The notes under the pieces were generated by a model. The model did no database searches. It was not told where the DNA came from and saw only the letters and a program-made list of their open reading frames with translations. A stretch of 64,000 bases of DNA. It comes from Raja brachyura (taxonomy: Eukaryota). Positions within the stretch are counted from its first letter, which is position 1. Each line of letters starts with the position of its first letter. The position numbers and the translations under genes are program-made. Location of the stretch: assembly GCA_963514005.1 (NCBI GenBank), contig OY740826.1, forward strand, positions 2,542,001 through 2,606,000, written 5' to 3'. Below, in pieces: positions 37,601 to 49,120 of the stretch.

Positions 37601-37990
37601 TTTTAGTTATCTTCCGTTGCTCTTTAAAAGTTACCCAATCCTCTGGCTTCTCGCTCATCTTTACTGTGTTATACTTCTCTTTTATTTTTATGCTCCCCCT
37701 GACTTCCCTTGTCAGCCATGGTCGCCCTTTACTCCCTTTGGAATCTTTCTTTCTCTTTGGAATGAACCTTCTGTATTATTCCCAAAATACCTGACATTGT
37801 TGTTCCAGTCAACCCTGCCAGTGCATCTTTCCAGTCAACTTTGCCCAGCTCCTCCCTCATGGCTCCATAGTCCCCTTTGTTCAACTGTAATACTGACATT
37901 TCTGATTTTCCCTTCTCCGCCTCAAATTGTAGATTAAAACTTATTATGGTCCCTACCTCCTAATGGCTTCTTTACCTCGTGTTCCCTTAT
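34620..37990 (-). mobile_element. CR1 LINE body, interrupted by the Helitron at 35220-36687
   Basis: GPQGSVLGPQLF.IYVNDLD, SKFAEDTK, KSPGPDDLHPRVLKE and IKEDSKSFFRYV. Confidence 0.85.
35220..36687 (+). mobile_element. Complete non-autonomous Helitron with two 5' ends
   Basis: A|TC at the 5' end; hairpin tgagac..gtctca (36659-36677) then CTAG|T. Removing it rejoins CR1 sequence (atcaaa|tactttctgaaag); no TSD. Confidence 0.8.
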
Positions 37991-38617
37991 GAAATCCGGT
38001 TCATTACACAACACTAAGGGTGTTGTGTAATGTGAATGTTGCCAGCACTCGAGAATTAGACAGGTACACGATGAGGTCAGGTATGCAAGGGTATGGGCCA
38101 AATGCAGGCAGGTAGGACTGGGGTAGGTGCGACATGTTGGTTGGTGTGGGCAAGAAGAGCCTGTTTCCACATGGTATGTGTAGGAGCCATTCATGTTTAG
38201 GCCAGCTACTGCTGGCATATTATATTAGTTTGTCTAGATATTTCTAGCGGTATTATTTTGGACACTTGGTGGCGGTCATTTGATGAATGCAGGGGTGTAA
38301 CACATGGGCTTCGTGGACAGGGAGTGATTCAGACCTGCTACAGGAGGTGGAGGGTACACAGTTCACACAGATCAGGAGAACAGGAAGCTACAACTTGTAT
38401 GAGCATAAAGAGAGCCTGGTACGTTCATCTCTTTGTTTGTGCAACTACTTCAATAAAGAATGACTGGAAGATCTGTTATTTTTTGGTCTGTGTAAGATCA
38501 CTCCTCCTTACATGTGTAGTAATGGCAATGGAAAGTTGGCCATTGTAAAAGTTAGAAATGGCCATTACAGTTTGACTCTCTGGCTCTCTGACTTCCCTCG
38601 CCCAGAGATGTCCTCAC

Positions 38618-38911
38618 CTTCCATCGACAGATACACCATGAACATGGCTTCCCCGTGCCGGTTTCGGACTGAGCACAAGGCCGTCACGTCCTCCCCTCCC
38701 TCACCCCCTCTCAGAGTGAGGGAGCCATACACCAGATGCCCGCTTGCCACCTGCCAGATGTGGAGACGTCCGCGGGTTTGATTTCCGCTGAGGTTGGCGA
38801 GGGGGAGGCGCCAGGTGAGCTCTCCGGGTGGGTTGCACCTGGCCGCACACACACAGGTGACACTCTCAGGTGTGTGAGTGCATCCCGAATCCCAGGAAAT
38901 CGCTGGCGCAT
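38618..38911 (-). CDS. Siglec/MAG-like receptor, membrane-proximal Ig exon (MAG domain-5-like)
   Basis: YAPAISWDSGC...VTCVCAARCNP...GSLTLRG...ALCSVRNRHG; 294 bp, phase 1-1. Confidence 0.88.
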
Positions 38912-39414
38912 CTGGAGAGGGAGAAACAAGACATGAAAGAGTTGTGAATCTGTGCAATTCTCTGTCACAGAAGGCAGTAGAGTCCAATTCACTGGATTTT
39001 TTTCAAGAGAGAGTTAGATTTAGTGCAAAGGGCCAAAGGAATCAAGGGATATGGGGAAAAAGCAGGACTCGGGGGTACTGATTTTAATAGATCAGCCAAG
39101 ATCATATTGAATGGTGGTGCTGGCTTGATGGGCCGAATGGCCTACTCCTGCACCTATTTTTCTACGCTTCTAGGAGATCAAACGCAAAATGCTGGACTAA
39201 ACTCAGCGGGACAGGCAGCATCTCTGGAGAGAAGGATCTGCCTCCATCACTGCCCTTAGCAGCGTGTTGCAGATGCTCTCCATGGTCTGTTAAACAGTTT
39301 ACCAGGAATACAAGTACCTTATACAAATAACATCAGTCTGAATCAGTCTCACCCCAAAACGTCACCTATTCCTTCCCTCCAGGGATGCTGCCTGTCCCGC
39401 TGAGTTACTCCAGC

Positions 39415-39790
39415 AATAACCAACCAGATCTCCCAGTGGCCCAGCACTTAAACTCTTCTTCACATTCTGAATCTGACCTTTCTGACCTGGGCTTCTCCAT
39501 GGCCAGAGTGAGGCCCACTGTAAATTGGAGGAGCAGCACCTCATATTTTGCTTGGGCCGTTTACACCTCAGCGATATGAACATTGACTTCTCTAATATCA
39601 GGTAGTCCCGGCTTTCTCCTCTCCTTCCCAGCTCTCCCTCAGCCCACTGTCTCCGCCTCTCCCTTTCTTCTTCCCGCCCCGCCCCACCCTCACATCAGTC
39701 TGAAGAAGGGTCTCAACCCGAAATGTTGCACATTTCCTTCGCTCCATAGATGCTGCCTCACCTGCTGAGTTTCTCCAGCATTTTTGTCTA
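39415..39790 (+). mobile_element. Penelope-like element 3' end with hammerhead core
   Basis: PVAQHLNSSSHS...KLEEQHLIFCLG..MNIDFSN; ctgaaga-a-gggt..accc-gaaa at 39700. Further copies at 41430-41945 (-) and 44220-44765 (-). Confidence 0.8.
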
Positions 39791-39822
39791 CTACAGCATT
39801 TTGTGTCTATCTTCAGTAAACG

Positions 39823-40436
39823 GGACTGATCCAAGAACGCTGAGGCCCTGTACAAGAAGGAACAGAGCTTTCTGAGAAGGCTCTGCTCCTTCAACATCTG
39901 CAGCAAGATGCTGCAGATGTTCTACTAGTCGGTGGTGGCCAGTGCTATCTTCTTCGCTGCCGTGTGCCGGAGCAGCAGGGCGAAGGCTGCGGATTCCAAT
40001 GGGATCGACGAGCTCATCAGGAAGGCCGGCTCCATCCTGGGAGCGGAGTTGGATTCACAGGAGGTTGGTCTTGGAGGGGAGGATGCTCCTCAAACTGTGG
40101 AGCATCCTGGACAATACAGCTCACCTCCTCCGTGACACATTGGTCAACCTGAGGAGCACCTTCAGCAACAGACTGGTTCCACCAAGATGCAGGACAGAAC
40201 GCCACAGGAGATCCTTCTTCCATGTGGCTATCAAACTGTACAACTCCTCCCCCTTCTGTCGTAGTGTAGACTGAGACTGACTCGCCTCCCCACCACCCCC
40301 CTCCCACGTAATCTTTGCACAGCCCCCAAGCCTTTCCACTCGTCACTTTAATTTCATATTTCAAGTATTTTGTGTTTGTGTATTTTGTGTTTTTAGTATT
40401 CTCCTGGGATAAATAAAGTTCTATCGTGTCGTATCG
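39823..40436 (+). mobile_element. Rex1-type LINE 3' end
   Basis: FLRRLCSFNICSKMLQMFY..VVASAIFFA and RCRTERHRRSFF..AIKLYN; AATAAA + (tatcg)n. Confidence 0.8.
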
Positions 40437-41203
40437 TTTTGTAAAAGTTGCCCCGCACATCTCCTTTACCATTTTCCGCTTTCACCTTAAAGCTCTGCCC
40501 TCTCAACCTTGACATTTGCACCACGTGAAAAAGATTCTGACTGTCTACCTTCTCAATGCAACTCATAGTTCTATATATTTCTGTCAGGTCTCCCCTCAGC
40601 CTTTCAACTGGGTGGTGAATCTGTGGAATTCTTTGCCACAGACGGCAGTGGAGGCCAAGTCAGTGTCCACGCCGACCAGCGATCCCCACACACTTGTACT
40701 ATCCTGCACACACTAGGGACAATTTACAAATATACCAAGCCAATTAACCTGCACACCTGTGCATCTTTGGAGTGTGGGAGGAAACCAGAGCACTCGAAGA
40801 AAACCCACGTAGGTTATGGGATGAAGTTGCAAACTCCGTACCGACAAGCACCCGTAGTGAGGATTGAACCCGGCTCTCTGGTGCTGTGAGGCAGCAACTC
40901 TAGCGTTGAACCACTGTGTATCCCCCTTAAAACTCCTTATTGGTAATACTCTCTAATCCAGGCAGCGTTCTGCACCCTAACGCATCATTCCTGTAATGGG
41001 GTGACCAGAACTGCACACAATGCTTCAAATAATTTTATCTAATCTTCCTCATCTTAGAAGAGGAGAGAGGAAATATAGGAAAGATGGTGTCAAGCAGGAA
41101 TGGAGCAGAGAAGATTTATGAGGATGTGGCCGGGACTAGAGGGCCTGAGCTATAGGGAAAGGTTGAGCAGGCCAGGACTCTCTTCCTTGGAGCGCAGAAG
41201 AAT

Positions 41204-41280
41204 GGAGTTTCCTTCCTTTATACTGACCCAGGAATTGTTCACGTTGTTGGGGGAAGTGATTGAGAGATTCTGGGGGACGT
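41204..41280 (-). pseudogene. Truncated Ig exon of the Siglec-like gene, cut by a CR1 fragment
   Basis: Acceptor ctgtttgcag; YVPQNLSITSPNNVNNSWVSIKEGNS runs directly into CR1 sequence, which supplies a stop. Confidence 0.7.
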
Positions 41281-42155
41281 CTGCAAACAGATAACATTCT
41301 GCAACCAGTTTTGCAGCAGTTCCGTGATCCTGGTAAAATACTTTAGTCTTCAGACTTTAGAGATACACTGCGGATGTAGGCCCTTCAGCCCACGGAGTCC
41401 GCGCCCACCATCGATCACGCGTTCACACACGAGTTTATTTAAGGAAATGAGAGACATAGACGATGGTGTAGAGAGATATAGAACAAAGAATGAAAGATAT
41501 GCAAAAAGTTAACGATGATAAAGGAAACAGGCCGTTGTTAGCTGTTTGTTGGATGAGAACGAGAAGCTGATGCGACTTGGGTGGGGGAGGGATGGAGGGA
41601 GAGGGTAGCCAGGGCTACTGGAATTTAGAGAAATCAATATGAATACCACTGGGCTGTAAACTGCCCAAGCAAAATATGTGATGCTGATCCTCCAATTTGC
41701 ATTTAACCTCACTCTGACAATGGTGGTGTGCGAGGAATGAAAGTTCAGTGTGGGAATGGGAAGCAGATTTGATGTGTTTAGCAACCAGGAGATCAGGTAG
41801 GTCCTACATCTCTCTACATCATCGTCTATATCTCTCCTTTCCCTTTCCCGTGACTTTCCCTGAAGAAGGCTCTCGACCTGAAACATCACCCATTCCTTCT
41901 CTCCAGAGATGCAGCCTGTACTGCTGAGCTTCTCCAGCTGTTGGTGTTGATTTGATTAGTACGGGTGTCAGTGGATATGGGCAGAAGGCAGAAGAAAGTG
42001 GTTAGTAGAGAGAGATTGATCAGCCATGATTGAATGGTAGAGTAGAGTTGATGGGCCGAATGGCCTAATTCTGCACCTATCGTCTGTGACCTTATATACC
42101 AGCACTGCTAATAGATTATTGCTGTTCCTGCACAATAAACGATCTCCGTACTTAC

Positions 42156-42449
42156 ATTGCACAGTCAGTGTGAGGGTCTGCTCCGATGACACAGTTGGGT
42201 ATCTGACTCTGCAGGTGAGGTTTTGCCCGTGATGTTTGAGCGCTGGGGTCAGGGACAGAACAGAAGTATATGTCAGAGTGTCACCCTGCTGAGTTACGCT
42301 GTGTGAGGCTGACGGTGGTTCATCAGCGGGGGTGACCCAGGTTAAGGTGGGTGCCGTTCCATCACACGTGGTGTTGAAGGAGCAGGTCATGATCCCAGGC
42401 TTTCCTGCCACCAATTCAGCAGGGAATATCGTGGGTTTATCCGTGAAAT
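42156..42449 (-). CDS. Siglec/MAG-like receptor, C2-set Ig exon
   Basis: DKPTIFP..LVAG....TCS...CDGTAPTLTW...SVLSLTP..KHHGQNLTCRV; 294 bp, phase 1-1. Confidence 0.92.
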
Positions 42450-42998
42450 CTAACACACAGAGAAACAAATACTTTTAGTTAAATATCACTGGATACATCG
42501 GTTCACATCGAAATCCCAGTCCCACATGAGCAAGAATGATTTTACAAGGTACAGAAGTGTGAAAACGCCCACCTCCAGATTATCAAGGATACGTCTCACC
42601 CCCGGTCACTCCCTTTCCTCCTCTCTCCCATCGGGCAAAAGGTACAGAAGTGTGAAAACGCACACCTACAGATTCAGGGACAGTTTCTTCCCGGCTGTTA
42701 TCAGGCAACTGAATCATCCTACCACAACCAGGGAACGGTTCTGAACTACTATCTGCCTCAGCAGAAAGACTATGCATGATTGCAATCGAGCCATTTGCAG
42801 AGTATGGATACGTGATAAGGGAATAACGTTTAGTGCAAGGTAAAGCCAGCAAAGTCCAATCAAGGATAGTCCGATGGGTCACCAGTGATGTCGACAGTAG
42901 TTCAACACTGCTCTCTGGTTGTGGTAGGATGGTTCAGTTGCCTGATAACAGCTGGGAGAAACTGTTGAGTGAATGAGTGAATTATACAGAGCACTTAC

Positions 42999-43364
42999 CA
43001 GTAACACTGAGCTGTGTTACAGAGTGGTAGCTGTAACGATCTCCCCCTCCAAATTCAACTCTGAAAAAATAAGGACCTGCATCTTGCTGCGTGACGTTGT
43101 CTATAACCAGGGAACAGTCGTTGTCTCTCAGGATTCCTGACAGCCGGGTCCGATAGTGAAACTTTGTTGATTCTACGCTGGGAATCCCGGAGTGGAAGGC
43201 CACAGAATCTTTGTTGTTCGACTCTCTTTTATACCAGATTCCAGTCCGTGGTTTATTGTCCAGTTTCGACGGGTACCTGTAGTGACACGGAATCCGTGCA
43301 CACAAACCATTCTGCGCTGTCACTTTTAGTGGAGTGTCCGCACCCCACTCTCCCGACATCACGG
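42999..43364 (-). CDS. Siglec/MAG-like receptor, V-set sialic-acid-binding domain exon
   Basis: GLCARIPC, GIW, DCSL, DAGPYFFRVE (essential Arg) and RYSY; 366 bp, phase 1-1, canonical splice sites. Confidence 0.92.
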
Positions 43365-43497
43365 CTGAGGAGAGAAGGAACAATCTTTAGCAGTGAACAC
43401 CCTGTCAGTTCACTGGGCTTTCCACACCTTTTATCCTGCGCTGTGGACCTGGTGTGAACAGAGCGTAGAAGAGCGGCATGGTGGCGTAGTGGTAGAG

Positions 43498-44032
43498 CCT
43501 CCCTCCTCACCGCCCCTCCCACAGTGCATCACTCCCTCCTCACCGCCCCTCCCACAGTGCATCACTCCCTCCTCACCGCCCCTCCCACAGTGCATCACTC
43601 CCTCCTCACCGCCCCTCCCACAGTGCATCACTCCCTCCTCACCGCCCCTCCCACAGTGCATCACTCCCTCCTCACCGCTCCTCACACAGTGCATCACTCC
43701 CTCCTCACCGCCCCTCCCACAGTGCATCACTCCCTCCTCACCGCCCCTCCCACAGTGCATCACTCCCTCCTCACCGCCCCTCCCACAGTGCATCACTCCA
43801 TCCTCACTGTCCCTCCCACAGTGCATCACTCCCTCCTCACCGCCCCTCCCACAGTGCATCACTCCCTCCTCACCGCCCCTCCCACAGTGCATCACTCCCT
43901 CCTCACCGCCCCTCCCACAGTGCATCACTCCCTCCTCACCGCCCCTCCCACAGTGCATCACTCCCTCCTCACCGCCCCTCCCACAGTGCATCACTCCCTC
44001 CTCACCGCCCCTCCCACAGTGCATCACCCCCT
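43498..44032. repeat. 33-bp minisatellite (~16 copies) in the Siglec intron
   Basis: Unit actccctcctcaccgcccctcccacagtgcatc. Confidence 0.95.
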
Positions 44033-44868
44033 CCTTTGCTACACATTATTCCATCTGCCACTTCCCTGCCCACTCTCCCAACTTGTCAAAGTCCTTCTGC
44101 AGAGTCCCTGCTTTCTCTGCACCACCAGCCCCTCCACCGATTTTCGTATCATCTGCAAACTTGGCCACAAAGCCTTCAATCCCCTCGTCCAATCATTAAT
44201 ATACAACGTGAAGATTAGTGGTGCACAAGAAAGAACTGCAGATGGTGGTTTAAACCGAAGATAGACACAAAAATCGGTATTATCTCAGCGGGACAGGCAG
44301 CATCTCTGGAGAGAAGGAATGGGTGACATTTCGGGTCGAGATCCTTCTTCAGACTGAACGTCACGGGAAAGGCAAACGAGAAATATAGATGATGATGTAG
44401 AGAGACAGAACAATGAATGAAAGATATGCAAAAAAGTAATGATAAAGAAAAGAAGCCATTGGTAGCTTTTTGTTGGGTGAAAACGAGAAGCTGGTGGACT
44501 TGGGTGGGGGAGGGATAGAGAGAGGGGGAATGCCAGGGTCACTTGAAGTGAGAGAAATCAGTATTCATATCACTGGGTTGTAAGCTGCCCAAGCAAAATA
44601 TGAGATGCTGCTCCTCCAATTTGCATTTGGCCTCTCTCTGCCCGTGGAGGAGGTCCGGGACAGAAAGGTGTGTGTGGGAATGGGAAGGGGAATTAAAGTG
44701 TTTGGCAACCGGGAGATCAGGTAGGTCCAGGCGGACTGATCGAAGATGTTCAACAAAACGATCGCAGTGGCCCCAGCACCGACCCCTGCGGAACTCCGCT
44801 AGTCACTGGCAGCCAACCAGTAAAAGCCTCCTCGCCCGTAAACACTTCTGAGTTGCTGCTGATGGTAC

Positions 44869-44908
44869 CTTGGAGAAGGGAGAGGAGGAAGAACGATCTC
44901 CCGATCAT
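44869..44908 (-). CDS. Siglec/MAG-like receptor, signal-peptide exon
   Basis: MIGRSFFLLSLLQ + G|gtacca donor (phase 1). An upstream acceptor at 44950 implies a non-coding first exon. Confidence 0.75.
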
Positions 44909-44999
44909 TGTCCGATCCCAGATGTCCCGTCAGTTATCCGATCTCCCGGTCTGGAAGAGAAAGTTATTGCAGTAAAACTCCAGCAACCAATATACATTA

Positions 45000-45770
45000 A
45001 GCAACATGGATGCAACGCTGGGGCTCTATGAGGCGCTGGTGAGGCCGCATTTGGAATATTGTGAGGAATTTTGACCCCTGTATCTGATGAAGGATGTGTT
45101 GGCTCTGGAGAGGGTCCAGAGGAGGCTTACAAGAATGGTCCCAGGAATGAGTGTGTTTACATATGAGAGCGTTTGTCTGCACTGGGTCTGTACTAGCTGG
45201 AGTTGAGGAAGAATGAGGAAGGACCGCATTGAATCTTACCGAATAGTGAAAGGCTTGGATAGAGTGGATGTGGATAGGACCTTTCCACTAATGGGAGAGG
45301 TCATAGCCTCAGAATTAGATTTTCTTTTAGGAAGGAGATGAGGAGGAATTTCTTTAGTTCTGGGTCTGTACTAGCTGGAGTTTAGAAGAATGAGGAAGGA
45401 CCGCATTGAATCTTACCAAATAGTGAAAGGCTTGGATAGAGTGGATGTGGATAGGACTTTTCCACTAATGGGAGAGGTCATAGCCGTAGAATTAGATTTT
45501 CTTTTAGGAAGGAGATGAGGAGGAATTTCTTTAGTGAGAGGGTGGTGAATCTGTGAAATTCTTTGCCACAGAAGGCTGTGGCGGCCCAGGCAGTGGATAT
45601 TGTTAAGGCAGAGATAGATAGATTATAAATTATACGGGTGTCAGGGGTTATGGGGAGAAGGCAGGAGAATGGGGTTAGGAGGGGTTAGGAGGGAGAGAGA
45701 GATAAGCCATGATTAAAAGGCAGAGTAGAATTGATGGGCTGAATGGCCTAATTCTGCTCCAATCCATGAC
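45000..45770 (+). mobile_element. CR1 3' fragment with internal ~178-bp tandem duplication
   Basis: LVRPHLEYC; ctgggtctgtactagctggag recurs at ~45182 and ~45360. Confidence 0.8.
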
Positions 45771-46150
45771 CGTAAATATCACCAACACTGTTGGGTTGCA
45801 TCACACTTTGGTTTTGGACCAACTCTGCCCAAGACCACAAGAGATTGCTGAGAGGTTAATTTAGTTTAGAGATACAGCACACAAACACGTTCCCACATCC
45901 CACCGAATCCATGCCGACCAGTGATCACCCGTTCACACACTAGTTCTATGTTTCGTTTTTGAGATACAATGTGGAAACAGGCCCTTCGACCCACCGAGTC
46001 TGTGCCGACCAGCGATCCCCGCACACTAACACTGTCCTAACTAGGGACAATTTACAATTTTGCCAAGCCAATAAAACCTACAAACCTGCACGTCATTGGA
46101 ACGTGGGAGGAAACCAGAAAATACCCAAGCAGGTCAAGAGTTCAGATTCA

Positions 46151-46686
46151 CCGGCTTAATAATAGGAAAAAAACTCATCTTAAAATTCTGGAAAAATGCT
46201 CCTATACCTACATTAAATATGTGGATTTCAACTAGGTTTAAAACACTACATTTGGAAGATATGAGACTCCGCCTGGAAGGAAAATCAGAACGCTTCTATC
46301 AGACGTGGTCTGCATTTATAGAATTACTACAAAGATAGGGTGCAGGAGTACCTCGGGCGTTGGTAGGGGGGGATGAAAAACGATCGAGTTGGTGGATTCC
46401 TTTTGCGTGATATATATAACATAGTAACTGGCTTTTTTTTTTCTTTTTCCTTTTCTTTTTTTAGGGTCTATCTCTTAACCCCCTTTCTCTAATTCTTTGA
46501 CCAAGGGTTTCTTCTCCCCTTTGGCACGCTCTTTCACTATCACAACTCTTTTCACCTATTTCATTCTCTTTCTTTCTATTCTGTTTCTTTAACAGCCATA
46601 AAATGATGGGGTACAATGATTGTAACAATATATATGTGAAGTACATTGATGTATTTACCTCTAATAAATAAAATACATTGTTAAAA
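46151..46686 (+). mobile_element. 5'-truncated L1 with 15-bp TSD
   Basis: KKLILKFWKN...W...LHLE; poly-A; TSD aagagt(t/c)cagattca at 46136-46150 and 46687-46701. Confidence 0.8.
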
Positions 46687-47764
46687 AAGAGTCCAGATTC
46701 AAGAATGTTTTATTGTCACATGTCCCAGATAGTACAATGAGATTCTTACTTGCGGCAGCACAAAACAATCTGTAAATGGGCAAACTCCGTACAGGCAGCA
46801 CCCGAAGTCGGGATCGAACCCGGGTCTCTGGCTCTGTGAGGCAGCAGCATTACCACTGCTCCACCGTGCCGCCCCTAACGTGGATATCGCCCAGTCCATC
46901 ACATAAAGCGGTCTCCCCATTCCACCCCCTGAAGGGCCTTTTAGAAAGCATTTTATCAGGATGCATCGCAGCTTGCTTTGGGAACAGCTGGAGAATGGGG
47001 TTAGGAGGGAGAGATAGATCAGCCATGATTAAAAGGCGGAGTCGATTTGATGGGCTGAATGGCCTAATTCTGTTCCTATCACATGTCCATAAATATCACC
47101 AACAGAATACGTTGCACCAACTACATTGAAGCCGTGGTCAATAAAGCAAACTGATGTCTCATCTTGCTCAAAAAATGAAGGAAGTTCAGCATTTCTCCAG
47201 TGACTCACACCAACTTCTCCACATGAACTGTGAAAGAACACTGTTAGGTTGCATCACACTTTAGTTTTGGACCAGCGCACCCAAGACCACAAGAGATTGC
47301 TAAGAGGTTAGTTTAGTTTAGAGGTACAGCACACAAACAGGTTCCCACGGCCAACCGAGTCCATGCCGACCACTTCACACACTAGTTCTATGTTTAGTTT
47401 TTGAGATACAACACGGAAACTGGACCTTCAGCCCACTGAGTCCATGCCAACCATCGATCACCCGTTCACACACTAGTTCTGTGTTTAGTCTAGAGATCCA
47501 ACGTGGAAACAGGTCCTTTGACCCACCGGCCCCGCACACTAACACGATCCTACACACGCTAGGGGTAATTTACAATTTTGCCAAGCCAATTAGCCTACAA
47601 ACCTGCATATCACTGAAACTAGAAAATAAACAAGCAGGTCAAGTGTCCAGATTCAAGAATGTTTTATTGCCACATGTCCCAGATAGTACAATGAGATTCT
47701 TACTTGCGGCAGCACAAAACAATATGTAAACGGGCAAACTCCGTGCAGGCAGCACCTGACGTCA

Positions 47765-49120
47765 GGAGGGTGTGTGTGGGGGAAGGGGTGTGTGGGGAGG
47801 GTGTTCTGGGGTTGTTTGGCTAGGGGTGTTGATTGGGTAGGGGAGGGCGTGTGTGTGGGAGTGGGGGGAGGGATGTGGGTGGTGGGGGGGAGGTGTGGGT
47901 GTGGGGAAAGGTGTGTGGTGGAGGCGGGTGTGGGGGTGGGTGGGAGTGTGTGGTGTGGGGGAGGGGGAGTGTGGGGAGGGGGAGTGCGTGGGTGTGGGGG
48001 ACGGGGGGTTGTGGGGAAGGTCGGGGTGTGGGGGTGTGGGGGTGTGTGGGAGGGGGGTGAGGGTGGGGGATTTAGTGGAGGTGTGTGTAGGGGAGGGGGG
48101 TGGTGCATGGGAAGAGGGGTGTAGGGAAGGGGGGGTGTAGGGGAGGGGGTGGTGCATGGGAAGAGGGGTGTAGGGAAGGGGGGGTTGTAGAGGAGGGGGG
48201 GTGTAGGGGAGGGGGGGTGTAGGGGAGGGGGGGGGGTGTAGGGGAGGGGGGGTGTGGGGGTGGGGGGTGTAGGAGGGGGTGTAGGGGAGGGGGTGGTGCA
48301 TGGGAAGAGGGGTGTAGGGGAGGGGGGTGTAGGGGAGGGGGTATGTAGGGGAGGGGGTCGTGTGTAGGGGAGGGGGGGTGTAGGGGAGGGGGGTGTAGGG
48401 GATGGGTGTGTAGGGGAGGGGGGGTGTAGGGGTGGGGGGTGTAGGGGAGGGGTGTGTTGGGGAGGGGGGGTGTAGGGGAGGGGGTGTGTTGGGGAGGGGG
48501 GGTGCATGGGAAGAGGGGTGTAGGGAGGGGGGTGTAGGGGAGGGGGGGTGTAGGGGAGGGGGGGTGTGGGGGAGGGGGGGTGTAGGGGAGGGGGTGTAGG
48601 GGAGGGGGGTGTAGGGGAGGGGGGCTGTGGGGGAGGGGGGTGAGGGTGCGGGATGTAGGGGTGGGGTGTGTAGGGGAGGGGGGGCGTGGGAAGAGAGGTG
48701 TAGGGGAGGGGGTGTAGGGGGAGGGGGTGTGTAGGGGAGGGGGGGTGTAGGGGAGGGGGTGTGTTGGGGAGGGGGGGTGTAGGGGAGGGGGTGTGTAGGG
48801 GAGGGGGGCGTGGGAAGAGGGGTGTAGGGGAGGGGGTGTGTAGGGGAGGGGGGGCGTGGGAAGAGGGGTGTAGGGGAGGGGGTGTGTTGGGGAGGGGGTG
48901 CGTTGGGGAGGGTGTAGGGGAGGGGATTGTAGGGGAGGAGGGGTGAAGGGGGAGGGAGGGTGTAGGAGTGGGGTCCACACCCACACTCCACTGCTTCAGC
49001 TTTAATATCGGCGGCTTCTGGACGGTCGCCATCTGAACCGTTTTTGAGCAAATTTAAAAACACCGCAGACCGGAAGTGGTCAAGATGAGAGTTTTGGTAA
49101 CAGTATACATAGAAGATAGA
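47765..49120 (-). mobile_element. Non-autonomous Helitron 5' portion (paralog of 7455-8030) with long G-rich repeat
   Basis: Same terminal sequence as 7900-8030; ~1.2 kb of (gtgtaggggaggggg)n. Confidence 0.6.

Noticed and set aside
39235-39300. Possible additional degenerate Siglec exon start (acceptor tgtttaacag)
   Set aside because: No recognisable Ig motif and no donor; runs into a Penelope fragment.
43393-44264. ORFs with 11-aa repeats
   Set aside because: Translation of the 33-bp intronic minisatellite.
47209-47227. Possible non-coding micro-exon (ttcacag...gtgagt, minus strand)
   Set aside because: Splice-like signals alone are insufficient.
47653-49063. Long Pro-rich / Gly-rich ORFs (also 7019-7972, 12528-13613, 20726-21598, 54044-54811)
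   Set aside because: Artefacts of stop-poor G/C-skewed low-complexity DNA, open in several frames.
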